This document shows positions 12,401 through 25,200 of a DNA stretch of 64,000 bases, one piece after another; the stretch's first letter is position 1, and every line of letters starts with the position of its first letter. A program made the position numbers and the translations under genes. The notes under the pieces were generated by a model. The model did no database searches. It worked only from the letters and a program-made list of their open reading frames with translations, and was not told the origin of the DNA. The stretch lies in contig CM035356.1 in assembly GCA_020137815.1 (NCBI GenBank), forward strand, positions 4,030,001 through 4,094,000, read 5' to 3'. Source of the stretch: Hormiphora californensis. Its lineage: Eukaryota; Animalia; Ctenophora.

Positions 12401-15308
12401 TTTATTAGTAACTTTCATGTAATGCCGCCCCCCCCTTCTTTTAGAAAACTTCTTTTGACGTAGCAATAAACGTATGCCAAGTGAACAATGAATCTTCACT
12501 CACTTGAACATATTATCAAGTTCATCGGGAGTTAAGTCTTGTCCAAATCGTTTGAACACGTTCCCAAGCTCTGATCTATCAATCGTTCCGTCGCCTTATT
12601 GGAAATAATAAAAGGGAAATAGAAGGGTCGTTTCTTGAATCTAACAATCTGGCTAATTTTATCAAAAAAAAGCAAATACAGCAAATACAGCGAAGATTGT
12701 GTAATACCATTTAAGTCGAATGTCTGGAATGCCTCATAGAGAGCTTTTTCTTCTTCGTCTTCAGTCATATTCTCCATTAACAACTGAGGGAATGTTAGGT
12801 GATAGGTTGGTAATGAAATTACCCCTCCGCAAAAGCCAACATATGCAATATAATAACAGGGGTGACTTCGTAACCAAGGTGATAGGTTGGTACTTGGTTT
12901 GGGTTGGTAGTGCTAAATTAGTCATCACTGGGCACTATACCAGTGGTGGTACACTAGCTGCATGGTACACTAGACAGGGAAGGTTCACTCCCATCTGACT
13001 GAGAGTTACCACTCAATATATTGTCACTTACCACAAATTCAAAGAAACTCATTTTCCCGTCCCTGTCTATGTCAGCCTCATCTAGAATATGCTGGCAATC
13101 CTCCTTCGATGTCTTTATTCCTACAAAATGTAAGTGTTTTGTGTAGGTATAGAAATAGATGGTTACTCCCCTCCCCATCAGCTTTACTATTACGTTTCTT
13201 TTCTCTGATTACTCAAAGTCAAGAAACCACCTTGTCCCACCTATATGATTTGATAAGAGCGGTTGCCATGGGAACCACCTTGTATGGAACCACCTGTAGA
13301 CTCACCGCTTTTTGACATGAGCCTTCCCAACTCTTTCACATCAACGTAACCTCTTCCTTTCTTGTCGAAACACTTAAACATGTCCCTAAGCTCCCTTATT
13401 CTTTCAATTTTCGCAACGTGCTGAAAATACACGTTCAGTTCTTTTGGGTAGACAGATAGAGACAGCGAGCAAGAGTTGAAAGATACAGAGAGCTAGTCGA
13501 GAACTAGAGAGACAGGGATAAAAACATCAAACATGACTCACTAACCAGTGCGGACATCATGAGAACGAATTCGCTACAGTCCATCTTTCCATTCTCATCC
13601 TTATCTGCACACTTGATGAGGAACTTCAGTTCAGCCTTTGTGAAATCATCTCTCACCACATTCAGGAACCGGCCTGGAGGAGAATTTTGATGTTTTAAGA
13701 ACTGTCCAAATTTAGGGCATTAATCTTTCGGGGATCTATCTGGGCACCGGGAACTAGGCCATACTGATCATTATAATAGGTGCCCTGATTATCTCAAGGA
13801 TAAAATGTATCGCTTTTGGTATTAAACTCGTGCAGTAGCTTACTTACAGTCTATTATAGAAGCCCAATAATAATTGCATCATGAAACGTACCAAGCTCTT
13901 TGACGCTGAGATATCCGTTTTTGTCAGTGTCGAAGATATCAAACATTGTTCGAAAGTGTTTGTGCTTTGAAACGTACCCTTTAACTTTCATCTTCTGAAT
14001 AATAGAAAGGTTTGATTTAAAAATTCGAGTGGAGGGCATCACACATAAAAATCCATACGGTGCATTGTCGAAGCAAGAAAGATAAACACAAACAGTGACC
14101 ACAATTTGATCTTGCCAGCTATGCAATTATAAGAGCGAGACACAAAATAAAACTTTCTAGCAACTTCCCTTTCAACTCTTGATCGGTATAATTAGCTGCA
14201 ATTTCCGGGCTGGATGATCACGAGAAGAATTGTAATGTAACTAACAGATCATCTTCTTGTAAACGGGAGGGGGCGTCTAAATATAAACTGGTCTAACCAA
14301 CCCGTGAAGGGATTAGAGAGATTGAGGAAGCTGGGAAATATTGGTGTTGTGACGTCATGTACCATATAACGTCGTTATTCCATTTTGGGATTAGCCCGCA
14401 ATAAATACGAATTGTATGGTGATTGAATTATCGAGTCTCGCGACCGTCGACATCTGAATCACGTTGTCGAATGTCGACAGGCATTAAACACAACACTCCG
14501 TAGTGTGTAACACAGCTGCAAGCAAAAATATGAATGTTAATTACATGCTGGTGGGATTAAAAAATACCAAAAAAATTCGACTGATTTTACACCCCAAATT
14601 TTGTTCTACGGCAGTTCTAAAGACAATCTCCCTCCCAGGTTGTGTTACCGTTCTCTCAGGGGGAGGTGAGTGTCCAGGGGTACAATATGCTTCTCACCCT
14701 CTCCTCTCTCTACCAATCATCTGACGCTCTGTTACTATCTCACAACGATCGCTACCAGACTCTCTCTCGGAGGCTCCTCCACCATCGTGTCAAGGATGGT
14801 GTGTCATTTCAAGAGATCAACAGGTCTGTTTAGTCATGGTAGAAGCTAGTTTACTGATGGGAAAATAGGTCGATACGGGCAAAATATCAGGGGACTATGA
14901 GGGGCAAGATTTTAACTTTTAACAAGACTGACTTTAAGTCAGTAGTCTCTTCTACTTCTATAAGATGACGTCAGCTGTGATAATGACGTCATAATCTACA
15001 GGTTGATTTCAAGTATGTTGCGGGGGTGCTGTTACCTGCATCTACTGCTCCCCCAGAGGGAGAGAAGAAAGGGACACACATACACTGTGACGAGGTAACG
15101 ATAACGAATCTCTGTCTGGCTGTTAGTTGTTACGCTCTTTTTGATTTGCTTTATAGTTGTCCGATACCCAATCTTACCTCTTTAGATAGTTGAACATTTG
15201 GTACCCCATCCCTGTTATCGGTTCCTCACCGCCAGAATGATGCCAGTTATTAGCGAACACAGCCGGGACTATACCAACACTACCTGGGACATGCTGGGTT
15301 AGTTAGCA

Positions 15309-15343
<35 letters not shown>

Positions 15344-15379
15344 GTCTGTCTGTCTAGTGTCTGTCTAGTGTCTGGCTAG

Positions 15380-15475
<96 letters not shown>

Positions 15476-15502
15476 GCCTGTCTGTCTGTCTATCTGTTAG
15501 GA

Positions 15503-15551
<49 letters not shown>

Positions 15552-17560
15552 GTCTATCTGTTAGGGTGTCTGTCTGTCATGTGTCACTGTCTAGTGTCTA
15601 TCCGGGACTATACCAACACTACCTGGGTTAGTTAGCATGTCTGTCTGTCTGTCTGTCATGTCTGTGTGTCTGTCTATCTGTTAGGAGTCTGTCTGTCTGT
15701 CTGTTTATCGAGTCTGCATATATCTGTTGAGTCTGTTTAGTGTCTATCTGACATTGTCTGCCTGTCTGTCTACCCTTGAAGTTATTTGCTTACCTCATAA
15801 GAAGAAAGTAGAAGTTTTGCCGATCTGTTTCACCGGGGTTTCACTGCACCTTCCAGAAAAATTGATCATGCCATCTTCCAACAATCAACAGCTATATTGG
15901 AAGGGAGGGAATTGGTTGGGGTATTTATTTTAGATTGTAACGTTCTAGAAAATCTAGAATTATATGTATTGAGAGATGGTGAAACATTGTAAGCTCAAAA
16001 TCTATAAGTTAGTGAAACTTATTACACACAAAAACAAACAAACAATATAACAGTCAGTTCAAGCTGATCCCCTGTTGTTATTTCGGGACAAAGAATTAGC
16101 CCTCTTGCATTTAGCTCGATGTGCTTTCCAGGTAGGTCCATTCATCCGTGCAATACCACAAATATCACAACTACAATCTACACCTGTAGGGACAGGAACT
16201 CTTAGCAATCAAACGTGTGTCTGCTCACTTTTTTAAATATTTGAACCGTTGTAGAGGAAATGGGAAAGATAGGGGTTATACATAGCAAGTAGAAAAAGAG
16301 AAACACTATTAACCTGCCATGGATCTAGTTGATCGAAATTTCAAGATGGCTGGTGCACGAGCAAGATTTGGATATTGACGGACTTTTCTCGTGCTCCCAT
16401 GCTTCCAGCTATGCACTAAGAAATAACAAGAAACGCACAGTCCAGAGGGCAGTCCCTCGTTAAGTAGAGAATAGGAGGCCATGACGTGCTCCTTTATCAA
16501 ACTTTCTTCAGTAGCGGTTACCCTTTTTTCAGCTTTCTTCCCGCTGTCACACCAACAAATAGCACAAACACGATCTCTGTTTTCAGAGTGGCTCAGCTTT
16601 GTACGGGGCATCTTCTAAAATATATTGCGGTAGTGAAGTGAATAATAAGTTTGCAACTTCAATTGAGTAGAACAAAACTAATTTACCGTTTAAATACAAA
16701 ACAACCTTGCTGAGTATCCAACGAAAACAACTGTGGCTTGTTGGTCTGTTTACCGTTTATGCACAAGATTCGACAGTTACAAACGGTTTTTATCATTATA
16801 ATATCTTGATAACAATGATAATGATCGAGAGATAGATAAAGATAAAACCAGAACGATATCTATTAGTTTGATCATATTTCCACAGAGAGAATTCAATAAT
16901 TTTCATAGATAGGTTGGAACTATAATACCCACTTCACTTCAGGAAAGTATGCCAGGCAAATGTTGATTCAGGACAGCATCGTGGACGAAGGTCTGATTTG
17001 GAGTATAAAACCACGCTCTGAACTTCTGACAACGAACAAACACACTCCCAACCTGAACCTCACAATTAGCTGCTTTACAGTCTGCCGGGGGATCGAGGTA
17101 ATGTGAAGTGTTCATGATGATGGCCAACGTACACCTTTTTAGCTGCCGGGTATCACAAGATCTCTCTCTCTCTCTCTCTCTCTTTATTCTCTCGTTATCT
17201 GACTCTTTTGATATGAAACCCTCTTTGTTTTAGCCTTATAATTATCCTTTCCAGGTTGCCGTTCCCGAAGTAGAGGACAGGTTCCGTGTTCCAGATCTCT
17301 ATAGAAATAGCACACCACGATTACTATCCGGTTACAACCCCCGCCACTTTGATAAGCTGGACAAGTCAGTCTTCAGCCTGGATAACTCTGCCAAGAGTGC
17401 TGGGTTTTTGGAAGGACTGCTCAGTGATTCCTGGCGGAAATTCCAAGCAGGGGCATTTTTATATCAGTATGAAAACTTTGGGCTAGATAGAGATTGGTTT
17501 CGAGAGAGTTTTAATGTCTTGGAGAAGGTGAATCTGGATTATAGTAGTTTGTTAAGTTGA
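9457..17560 (+). CDS. TUBD1: Delta-tubulin, ~9 exons
   Basis: Exons read [16 protein letters not shown]; [11 protein letters not shown]; [10 protein letters not shown]; MSSAGG/TGSGLG; [29 protein letters not shown]; [12 protein letters not shown]; KYARQML; [12 protein letters not shown]. All match delta-tubulin signatures, with GT-AG introns. Confidence 0.93.
10607..11335. mobile_element. Tc1/mariner-pogo-type MITE with TA target-site duplication, in a TUBD1 intron
   Basis: The TIRs read TA|CAGTCGGACCCCGATTTACCGGG ... CCCGGTAAATCGGGGTCCGACTG|TA, with internal ~245-bp direct repeats. Confidence 0.9.
12273..13991 (-). CDS. Calmodulin-like protein with six EF-hand loops, >=7 exons, nested antisense in TUBD1 intron 10516-14638 (3' end uncertain)
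   Basis: The loops [60 protein letters not shown] and [11 protein letters not shown] lie on phase-compatible GT-AG exons. Confidence 0.88.
15308..15705. repeat. (GTCT)n microsatellite including a duplicated copy of the TUBD1 exon end and 5' splice site
   Basis: GTCT runs, plus CCGGGACTATACCAACACTACCTGG..GTTAGTTAGCATG repeated at ~15602. Confidence 0.9.
16059..16611 (-). CDS. Zinc-binding protein resembling the N-terminus of Chapaev/Transib/RAG1-like transposases; 2 exons (16611-16314, 16183-16059), ~140 aa, nested in a TUBD1 intron
   Basis: It has H-x7-C-x2-C ([12 protein letters not shown]) ... LPSGLCVSC, and a spliced exon [13 protein letters not shown]. No catalytic DDE core lies nearby. 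Confidence 0.6.
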
Positions 17561-17728
17561 ATATTGTTTGTTTTAGATGTAAAAATAGTTGTAAATACCA
17601 GGTTTAGTTTTAAAACCCATATATTGTTTTCTTCAAACTCTCAAAATTTCAACTAAAAATTTCAAAACTGGAGCCGACTGGAGCCATCTCTAACATTTAT
17701 CTTAGTCGGTAGTAAACCTGATAATGTG

Positions 17729-19215
17729 ATGTTAAAGGCTCTCCGAAGTAAGAGGAGGAGGGTCTCTAAAGGACCTTCCAACACACCAGATCATGAGGCC
17801 GGCCCTGACCATGTCATATCCTCTACTCCGGTATCACAGAAGGAGCTCTTCTCTAGCTCAGTAAGATCCACTAGAATATTTTAAATTCCAAAACAAATTC
17901 CCTGTGTTCGACGTCCACGCGAGTGACATTTTAATATATTAATCCATCAGAAACTGCAGCACAATATGATCTTGTTTCAGGGCAGCGTATCATGTACACA
18001 GGATAGCCTCATGATGGATGATATTGATATGAACTTGATAGACGAGAACTTTGCTCTGCAAACCTGTAACAGAGATAAGAATAATGAGAACGAGAATACG
18101 GAGAATGAAAAAGAAACTGTTTCGTTTACCTCGCCGCCGGCACCAGGCTTCTCTGACAGAGACAAAAGTAAGTTCGCTGTTTCAGTACAACTTGGTGACC
18201 AAATAAAGTTTCCCCTGAGGTGAGAAGGGGTTGTTTCTTGCATGTTGTACAATAATGTTGTTTTATTACAGCACTGGGGGGGGGGGGGTCCAGCCCTAAA
18301 AAAGCTCCACCCCTACTGCCATTTTCTGGAGACATTTTTTCGATAAAAATATTATTCAAATTTGATAAAAATAGTTTTAAAAAAGTTCAAAAAACGTTAT
18401 AAAACGTTATAATAAAAGTTTAAAAAATTTGGCGTCAGCGGGATTCGAACCTATTGAATCCACTAAAAACTCAATTTTAGCTTTTTTTAGCTTTTTTTAG
18501 CCTAAAAAAGCTAAAAAAAGCTAAAAAAAGCTAAAAAAAGCTAAAAAAAGCTAAAAAAAAAGCTAAAGGTACCCTGATTTTGGCCGATAGCTTAGCTTTT
18601 TTAGGGCTGGACCCCCCCCCAGCACTTTTCAAATCACCCCACTCAGAATTGAAGTACAAATCCCCGTTGGCGAGACGTCGTGGTGCTGGTGAAACGACAC
18701 CAGTGAGACCTAAATCATCTTCATCATCCCTTGAAACAACACCCTGCACCGTGGTAACCCTCCTCCTTCTCCATCACACAACACACCAGCCGCAGCTCCA
18801 GATATCCTATCAGATTCAGAGTTACTGCTCAGTAGTTTCTACGGGACACCGTTCAAGAGTACCCAGCAGAAGTTGCTTTACAGTACGGGGATAATGAGCC
18901 CGTATGCTCCGAGGAGTAGCGAGACGGTGAGGTTGGGGGTGCCTTTAGAGGTGTTCCGACTGATTGAGAAGATCAGAGGTGAGTGAGGGGTGGTTGGGTG
19001 ATAATGTATCGTGCATTCCTTAGATTCCCTGTCGTCATAGCATTTTGATAATGATAGTAACTAATCACCTAGGTAACTAATGGTAACTAATCACCTAAAG
19101 GTAACCAATGGTAACTTATCACAGGTATCAAGAAGTTGTACCCTTGGCAGGAGGAAACTGTAACTGCTTGTCTAACTGGAGGTACATCTTGTCTGTCTGT
19201 CTGTCTGTCTGTCTA

Positions 19216-19270
<55 letters not shown>

Positions 19271-22200
19271 GCTGTCTGTCTGTCTGTCTGTCGTTATGTT
19301 TGAGCTGCCTGCTTGTCTGTCTGTCTGTTTACCTCTAATTACCTTTAGGTAACCACATCTTCACGTGTCCAACCTCTGGTGGCAAGACCCTTGTGGGAGA
19401 GCTGCTTCTCCTCAATGCCCTCCTAACTCGGTGTACAGACGCTCTCCTGATCCTACCATACGTTGCTCTCGTGGAGGAAAAGGTAACAAAAATGTAACTA
19501 CAATTATTGTCCAGATAAAATAGTTTGTTGCCTAGTGCCCGACCATCTCTCGTAACATTTTTTGTCATGATAACCAGTTAACTATCTGTTATTATCTAGG
19601 TCAGAGAGTTATCTGAGTTTGCCGAGCATTTTCTATTCGGGTTGGAGCGGTACGCTGGGAGTAGGGGCAAGCTTCCTCCCCGAAAGAGACGAGGCAAGAA
19701 AACTATTTACGTGGCCACCCTCGAAAAGGTTTCATATTTAATGTGTACTGCCACCATCGCCTCACGTCCCTTTCTATGAACCGTACCTTCATTATCTTTT
19801 CTTGCACCCAAATTATCAAACAAGTGCACCTGCTGTTTTTTATCATCGAGTGCCGAAGAACGGGTTCACAGGGATAATTATATATCATCAAATAGAGAGA
19901 GATGGATGAAGAGAGAGAGAGATGATGATTGATGAAAAAGTTTAGTTTTTTCTTGCGGCTGTAAAATATGAGTAAACGGGTAATTCGTTCCAGTAAATGA
20001 TAAAGATAAAAGGTACATGTTAACAATGCGAATACACTCAATTTAAGGATGGTATTAACAATATAACAAAGCAAATAAAACCCCAAACAACATTCCAAAT
20101 GAGTTGGTTGGGATTCCATTTAGAAAGAACTAAAAGCAAAACAACAGCAATCCGATTATGTTCTAGTTTATGCACTCGTGTCACTTTCGGAGCTCTCGAG
20201 AACGCCTTTACCAATCCACTGATCCGCTGCGTTAGGACCGATATTTGAACCCCGGACCGTCTGTATTTGATGCAAGCTGTTAAACACTACACCACCGCAC
20301 CGAAAAATACTGTTCAAGAACTAGTCCAGTTCGTTGGAAGTTACATTCACTGTTTTCGGTCCCATATTCCTCATCTCAATATTCTCTGGTTGCTGTCCTT
20401 CAATTATCATTGGTGACCAGGACATTGTCAACAGTGAGGCCAAGGAAGCAAACTGCTTTTCAAGCCATCCAGTAACCTTCTCGATGGAATCATATATGTG
20501 ATTGCTGTACAGCAGGGGATTTAGCACGGAATTGATGGGTAGGACGATGACAGAAAAGATGCCGTAGTAGGGCGTGGCATCTACCAGCTCAGTCATGTGG
20601 CAGAATGAGGTGACTAGGATAGGTAGCCAGCAGATTAAATCCGTTACAATGATTAGAGTAACTTTCCGTTGCGTTTTTTGCTGCTGTTTCAGACGTTCCT
20701 GGAGGACAGGATTGATTTGTAGGTCATTGTTCATATTTAGTTCGGCTAAACTTCTCCTAGAGGCACCTTCAATCACCATGTAACAGGTACAAATGGTTGC
20801 CAAGCACATGACGGTCAATATCTGATAGATAAGGGAAAATGTAAACTGGGGGTCCTGGGGCAACACAAAAAACTTGAAAAGGCAAACTCCTTCATTGCCA
20901 TAGAAACCAACTAGAGAATTTAAACCATCCAAGTTTCCGTAGTCACTTGTGTACATTCCTTTTATCAGTAATGTGATCTTGTCCCATGGTTCCTTTGCTA
21001 ACTGGTCCCCTTTAATCCGCCCATAGTAACTCTCAATTACCTCCCAGTGTGCCGCTTTTCCATTTCTACCAACGAAAAATTTGAGGTCCGAATCCCAAAC
21101 TTGGCCGTTCCCGAAAACATCTTCGAACTTTTTGATAAAAATCACAGGAAAGATGGCGAAACTCACTGAAAGTAGGATCATGACCAAAGACATGGCAATG
21201 GGTAGTTTAAATTTAACTTCGGTATTGGGTGAACGAATCCCTCCTGTAACGCCCTTTACTCTTAACAAGCTAAGACTTGTCATAGATACCAAAGATAGAA
21301 CGCTTCCCATCGTACTCACAGTGCCCAGAAGATCACACTGTTTGCTAGCCAACCAATAGTTCTGGTTTTCACAATACCTGTCACCTTTTAATGTATCGTA
21401 TACAGCAATGCCTAACAAATAAATCCCGGTAAGCGTATCACCAAGACTGATCGTTGCTACCAGGAGACGGTTGTTCAGAAACGCCTGATTGCTCACCGTT
21501 CGAAGCTCCGATCCGACTGTTCCAATTGTCCATAAGTTCAGCCCGATAGCTAGGAATCCTAGAATAAACGCCCCGATCTTCAGATGGAGCCCCTGAAGTA
21601 TCTGCTTACCACATCTCTCATTACATTCGTCTGACAAGTCGGCACAATCAGGGACACTGTCACATACTTTGTAGAGGGGTAGCAACTGTCCCCCAATATT
21701 ACCTTGTTCATCTGCTGACTGTTTGCATTTAAAGTGGTTACTGCATTTCTCTTCATCACTGCCATCTCCGCAGTCGTTTATCAGATTGCACACTTTCTCA
21801 AATGGCAGACACTTGTTGTTCTGACATTGGAAAATTTCCTGGCCAAATGAATCTTCTTTCGGTGTCACGAAAGTTAGCTGTTTTTCGCCTGCTATTGTAA
21901 ATATTTTCCGTTTAAATTGGTGTGGACAGGAATCTATTTTTGGTGGACTTTTGGAGATCGGACATTGCTCGGAGCAAAGTCCCGAGCAGGATAAAAGGAG
22001 AAAAATCTCACCGAAGGTGTATTGGCAAGCCATTTCAGGGGCCGTGACCTGGGTCTCCTGTGTGATACCAAGTATGGTCGACTCTCTGAAGACAGAATAG
22101 CTGAAATGAAAGCACTCCCCTTTAAATAGGAATTCAAGGCTTTCCAATCCTGGTAGACAATATCCAATAAACTTGTTCCAAGTTCCAACTCCGACTGCCT

Positions 22201-25200
22201 TGGTGGCAACCTCAGACAGCAATCTTTGGCAGACCTTGTTTTCATTTCCACATGTATCAACTCCATCACAAAGCAGCTGCGAAGGTATTGTGGTCTTCGG
22301 ACCAAATTTACAGATGTAAACGTCCTTACATTGTTGCTGATCGTTCTCTGAGAACCTTTGAAAAATACCTGTTCCACACACAGGCCACAGATCCAATACC
22401 TCATCCTCCCCACCGACGCAGTCTACAACCCCATCTCCTAGCCAACTTAGTAGTATGGGTGAAGAAATTGTGGGATCCATTTTTCTATGACACCCCTTGG
22501 TGTTCACGCTGATGCACTCCAATTCGTCCTGCCCTAAGGAGCAGTCCCAGGTACCGTCACAAATCTGATGCTTGTGGATGGTGCAGGTAGAGGTTACATC
22601 CACGCAGAGGATATCCAAGTTGTCATCGCAAAGACCCTCCCGCAGCTCGTCACATACCATTACCTTTGGCAACGGTGGACATGTAGCCTCCTATGGGACA
22701 TGACAAGGCCACCCTCGCAGGATCGGAGCAATTCGTCTGGTCCATGAGGTCCATGCAGTTGGGGATGTATGTGTAACGAAAAGAGTCACTATTGAATCTT
22801 TTATATTCCTCCTCAAAGTAATTCAGATGCCGTTTGTAATGCTTAATCCGGGCACACCGTGTGAAGTTGAATATCGAACTTCCACTAGCCGGTGGTTGAA
22901 ATTTCTCAACATCTTACACGAGCTTAGGTTCGAGTTTGTAATGTTGCACGTTCTCGTATCATCCTCCTCATTACAGATATTTTGGTATTTAAACGAAGTT
23001 ATGGTATGCGTGCATGCTGCACTGATTGGGAGCCACTCAAATGGTAAGGTACGCATACACCTGAAACCGTATGTGTAGCCTCCGCAGTGTGTCTCATCGT
23101 GACAATTGTCAAAGTCACACACGTCATCACAAATTTTCTCTTCCTCTTTTTCACACTTATCTAGATCATATCCCTGGCACGACCTCGATCTGCTGCTACA
23201 AAGATCTCTGACGGTATGTGGGGTGAATGAAACAGCTGATTTATGGGTCTGACACAAAGCTACCCCGCATAACGCACTTGTGTGGGTCATGTCGGCATCA
23301 CGGAACCCGCATACTTGGTACTGAAATTTGTCATGAGGGCAGGTTGCATTGAAAGTCCACCGTTCAAATTTCAGAACGTAATAGTAATCGGGGGAGTTGT
23401 AACACTGATAAAGGGTGATGTCAAGAGTGGAGGGAGATAAGACATCTGACAATTGATGGCTACATACTCGCTTTATGAAACCCTTATCTGCTACTAGTTC
23501 GCATCGATCTGGGTACTAGGAAGGTGTTCCGAGGTTCACTGAAAAAATAATTAGGTGACAGTAATTGCATCGACCCTGGTTACCAGGATGCTCGGGGAGG
23601 AAAGAGTTAATCGTACTAAATTTAGTAATTCATCTAAAATCTAAATAAATATTGATTACCATTTAGAAGCAAGATGATGGCCATGAAGCAGTTCATATTA
23701 GAGGCCATTCGGGATTCTTGTTATGTTCTAACCCTCGCGAAAAGGGGGTCGAACTAGGCAATGAGATTCATTTTATCCAGCTACATTTCATGGTATACTA
23801 AACGGGGGTAAGGTGATGAATCAAAGGGATTAAAAGGAGTCAAAAGGCAGAGGGTGAGCATGAGAGGTGTTTTCGACAAGTTTAGTTTTTCAAATACGAT
23901 TGCACAAGCATTAGCAGCAGTTGCTAGGTGGCTCGTTATTCGTCAAGTCGTATCTTCAATGCAGTGACATGTTATATATATACTTCATTAAGCCAAAAAC
24001 TAATTGAAATTAGTTGGCGGGAAAGGTGACCCACTTACACCTTTTGCTACTGCCGGTTATCACCACGAACTCTCATTCTATGCCACGGTATCTCATATTC
24101 TCAATCTCTCATTTTTCGAGGGTAACTTAAATTCCTGTTCGTTCTATCCCTCTCTCACGGGGGATTACGGGGGCTCGAATAGATCGCCCGAATAGATCGC
24201 CCGTACCAGTCGCCCGTACATTTGCTTTGCGCATTACGTTTCATCGCACTTTCTCCACAAATAAGGTACATGCGCATTACGCGCATGTGTTTTGTTGTGA
24301 TGAAAGTGTGGTGAAACGTAATGCGCAAAGCAAATGTACGGGCGACTGGTACGGGCGACTGGTACGGGCGTCTCATCCGGGCCCCCGTAATCCGCTGCCT
24401 CTCTCTCTCCCTGTCTCTCTCTCTCTCGCTCTCTCTCGCTCTCTCTCTCTCTCTCTCACTCTATCACACTCTTTCACTGTCTTATTCCATTATATTCACC
24501 ATTTATATCCCTGATCCCGGCAGCAGGCAAAGGTGTAAGTGGGTCACCTTTCCCGCCAACTAATTTCAATTAGTTTTTGGCTTAATTTAGGTCTCTTTTT
24601 GGTTTCTAATCGCAGCATGATATTATTTCATGATGTAATATTGTCGAAATGATGCGTTATATGAGAAACGAGACGAATTTCTGTGAAAATCGTATTTTAG
24701 ACGTCATAATGACGTCATTTGACGTAATTAGTGACGTCGTAACGACGTAATTGCATCACGATATATTTTTAATCAATACCCCAAAGGAGCTTGTAAAGTT
24801 TCATTGGCCACAGTGGTCAGGAAAAGGAGTTTTTGCTCGAAAAACATTCAATTTGCTAAATTTTTCGTCAAATTTTTGACTTCCGACGCAATTTAAGGGC
24901 TCAAAATGATAAGCTACGAAAATTCGCTGTACAGTATCTGAAAGTTCAGACGATTTGCCGGTAACGATTTTTCGTCAAATCAGAAATCGGAACACGTCTT
25001 CAGGGTGCTAGAGGCGTTTGAAAAAAGTTAGTCGGTCTCGCGCAATGACGTCACTCGTGACGTCATTGCGCGCGTCATAGGTAAGATGGAGAGTCGCCAC
25101 CCAGATGGGTACATGCACGAGACAATTGTCTGTCGAATGCCGCTTGGTTTAAGGTCGTACGATGTCTGGTTCGTCTCAAACTGGGACCAAACGGAAGGTA

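Noticed and set aside
9457-17560. Zeta- or epsilon-tubulin identity
   Set aside because: The motifs AVLVDME.KV, GEV.VQ.YN..LTLS.LY..SDA and HLVPHP match delta-tubulin.
18430-18452. Possible tRNA gene (GGTTCGAATCC on the minus strand); similar at 59177-59266
   Set aside because: Only B-box-like parts are present, inside repeats, and I could not fold a complete cloverleaf.
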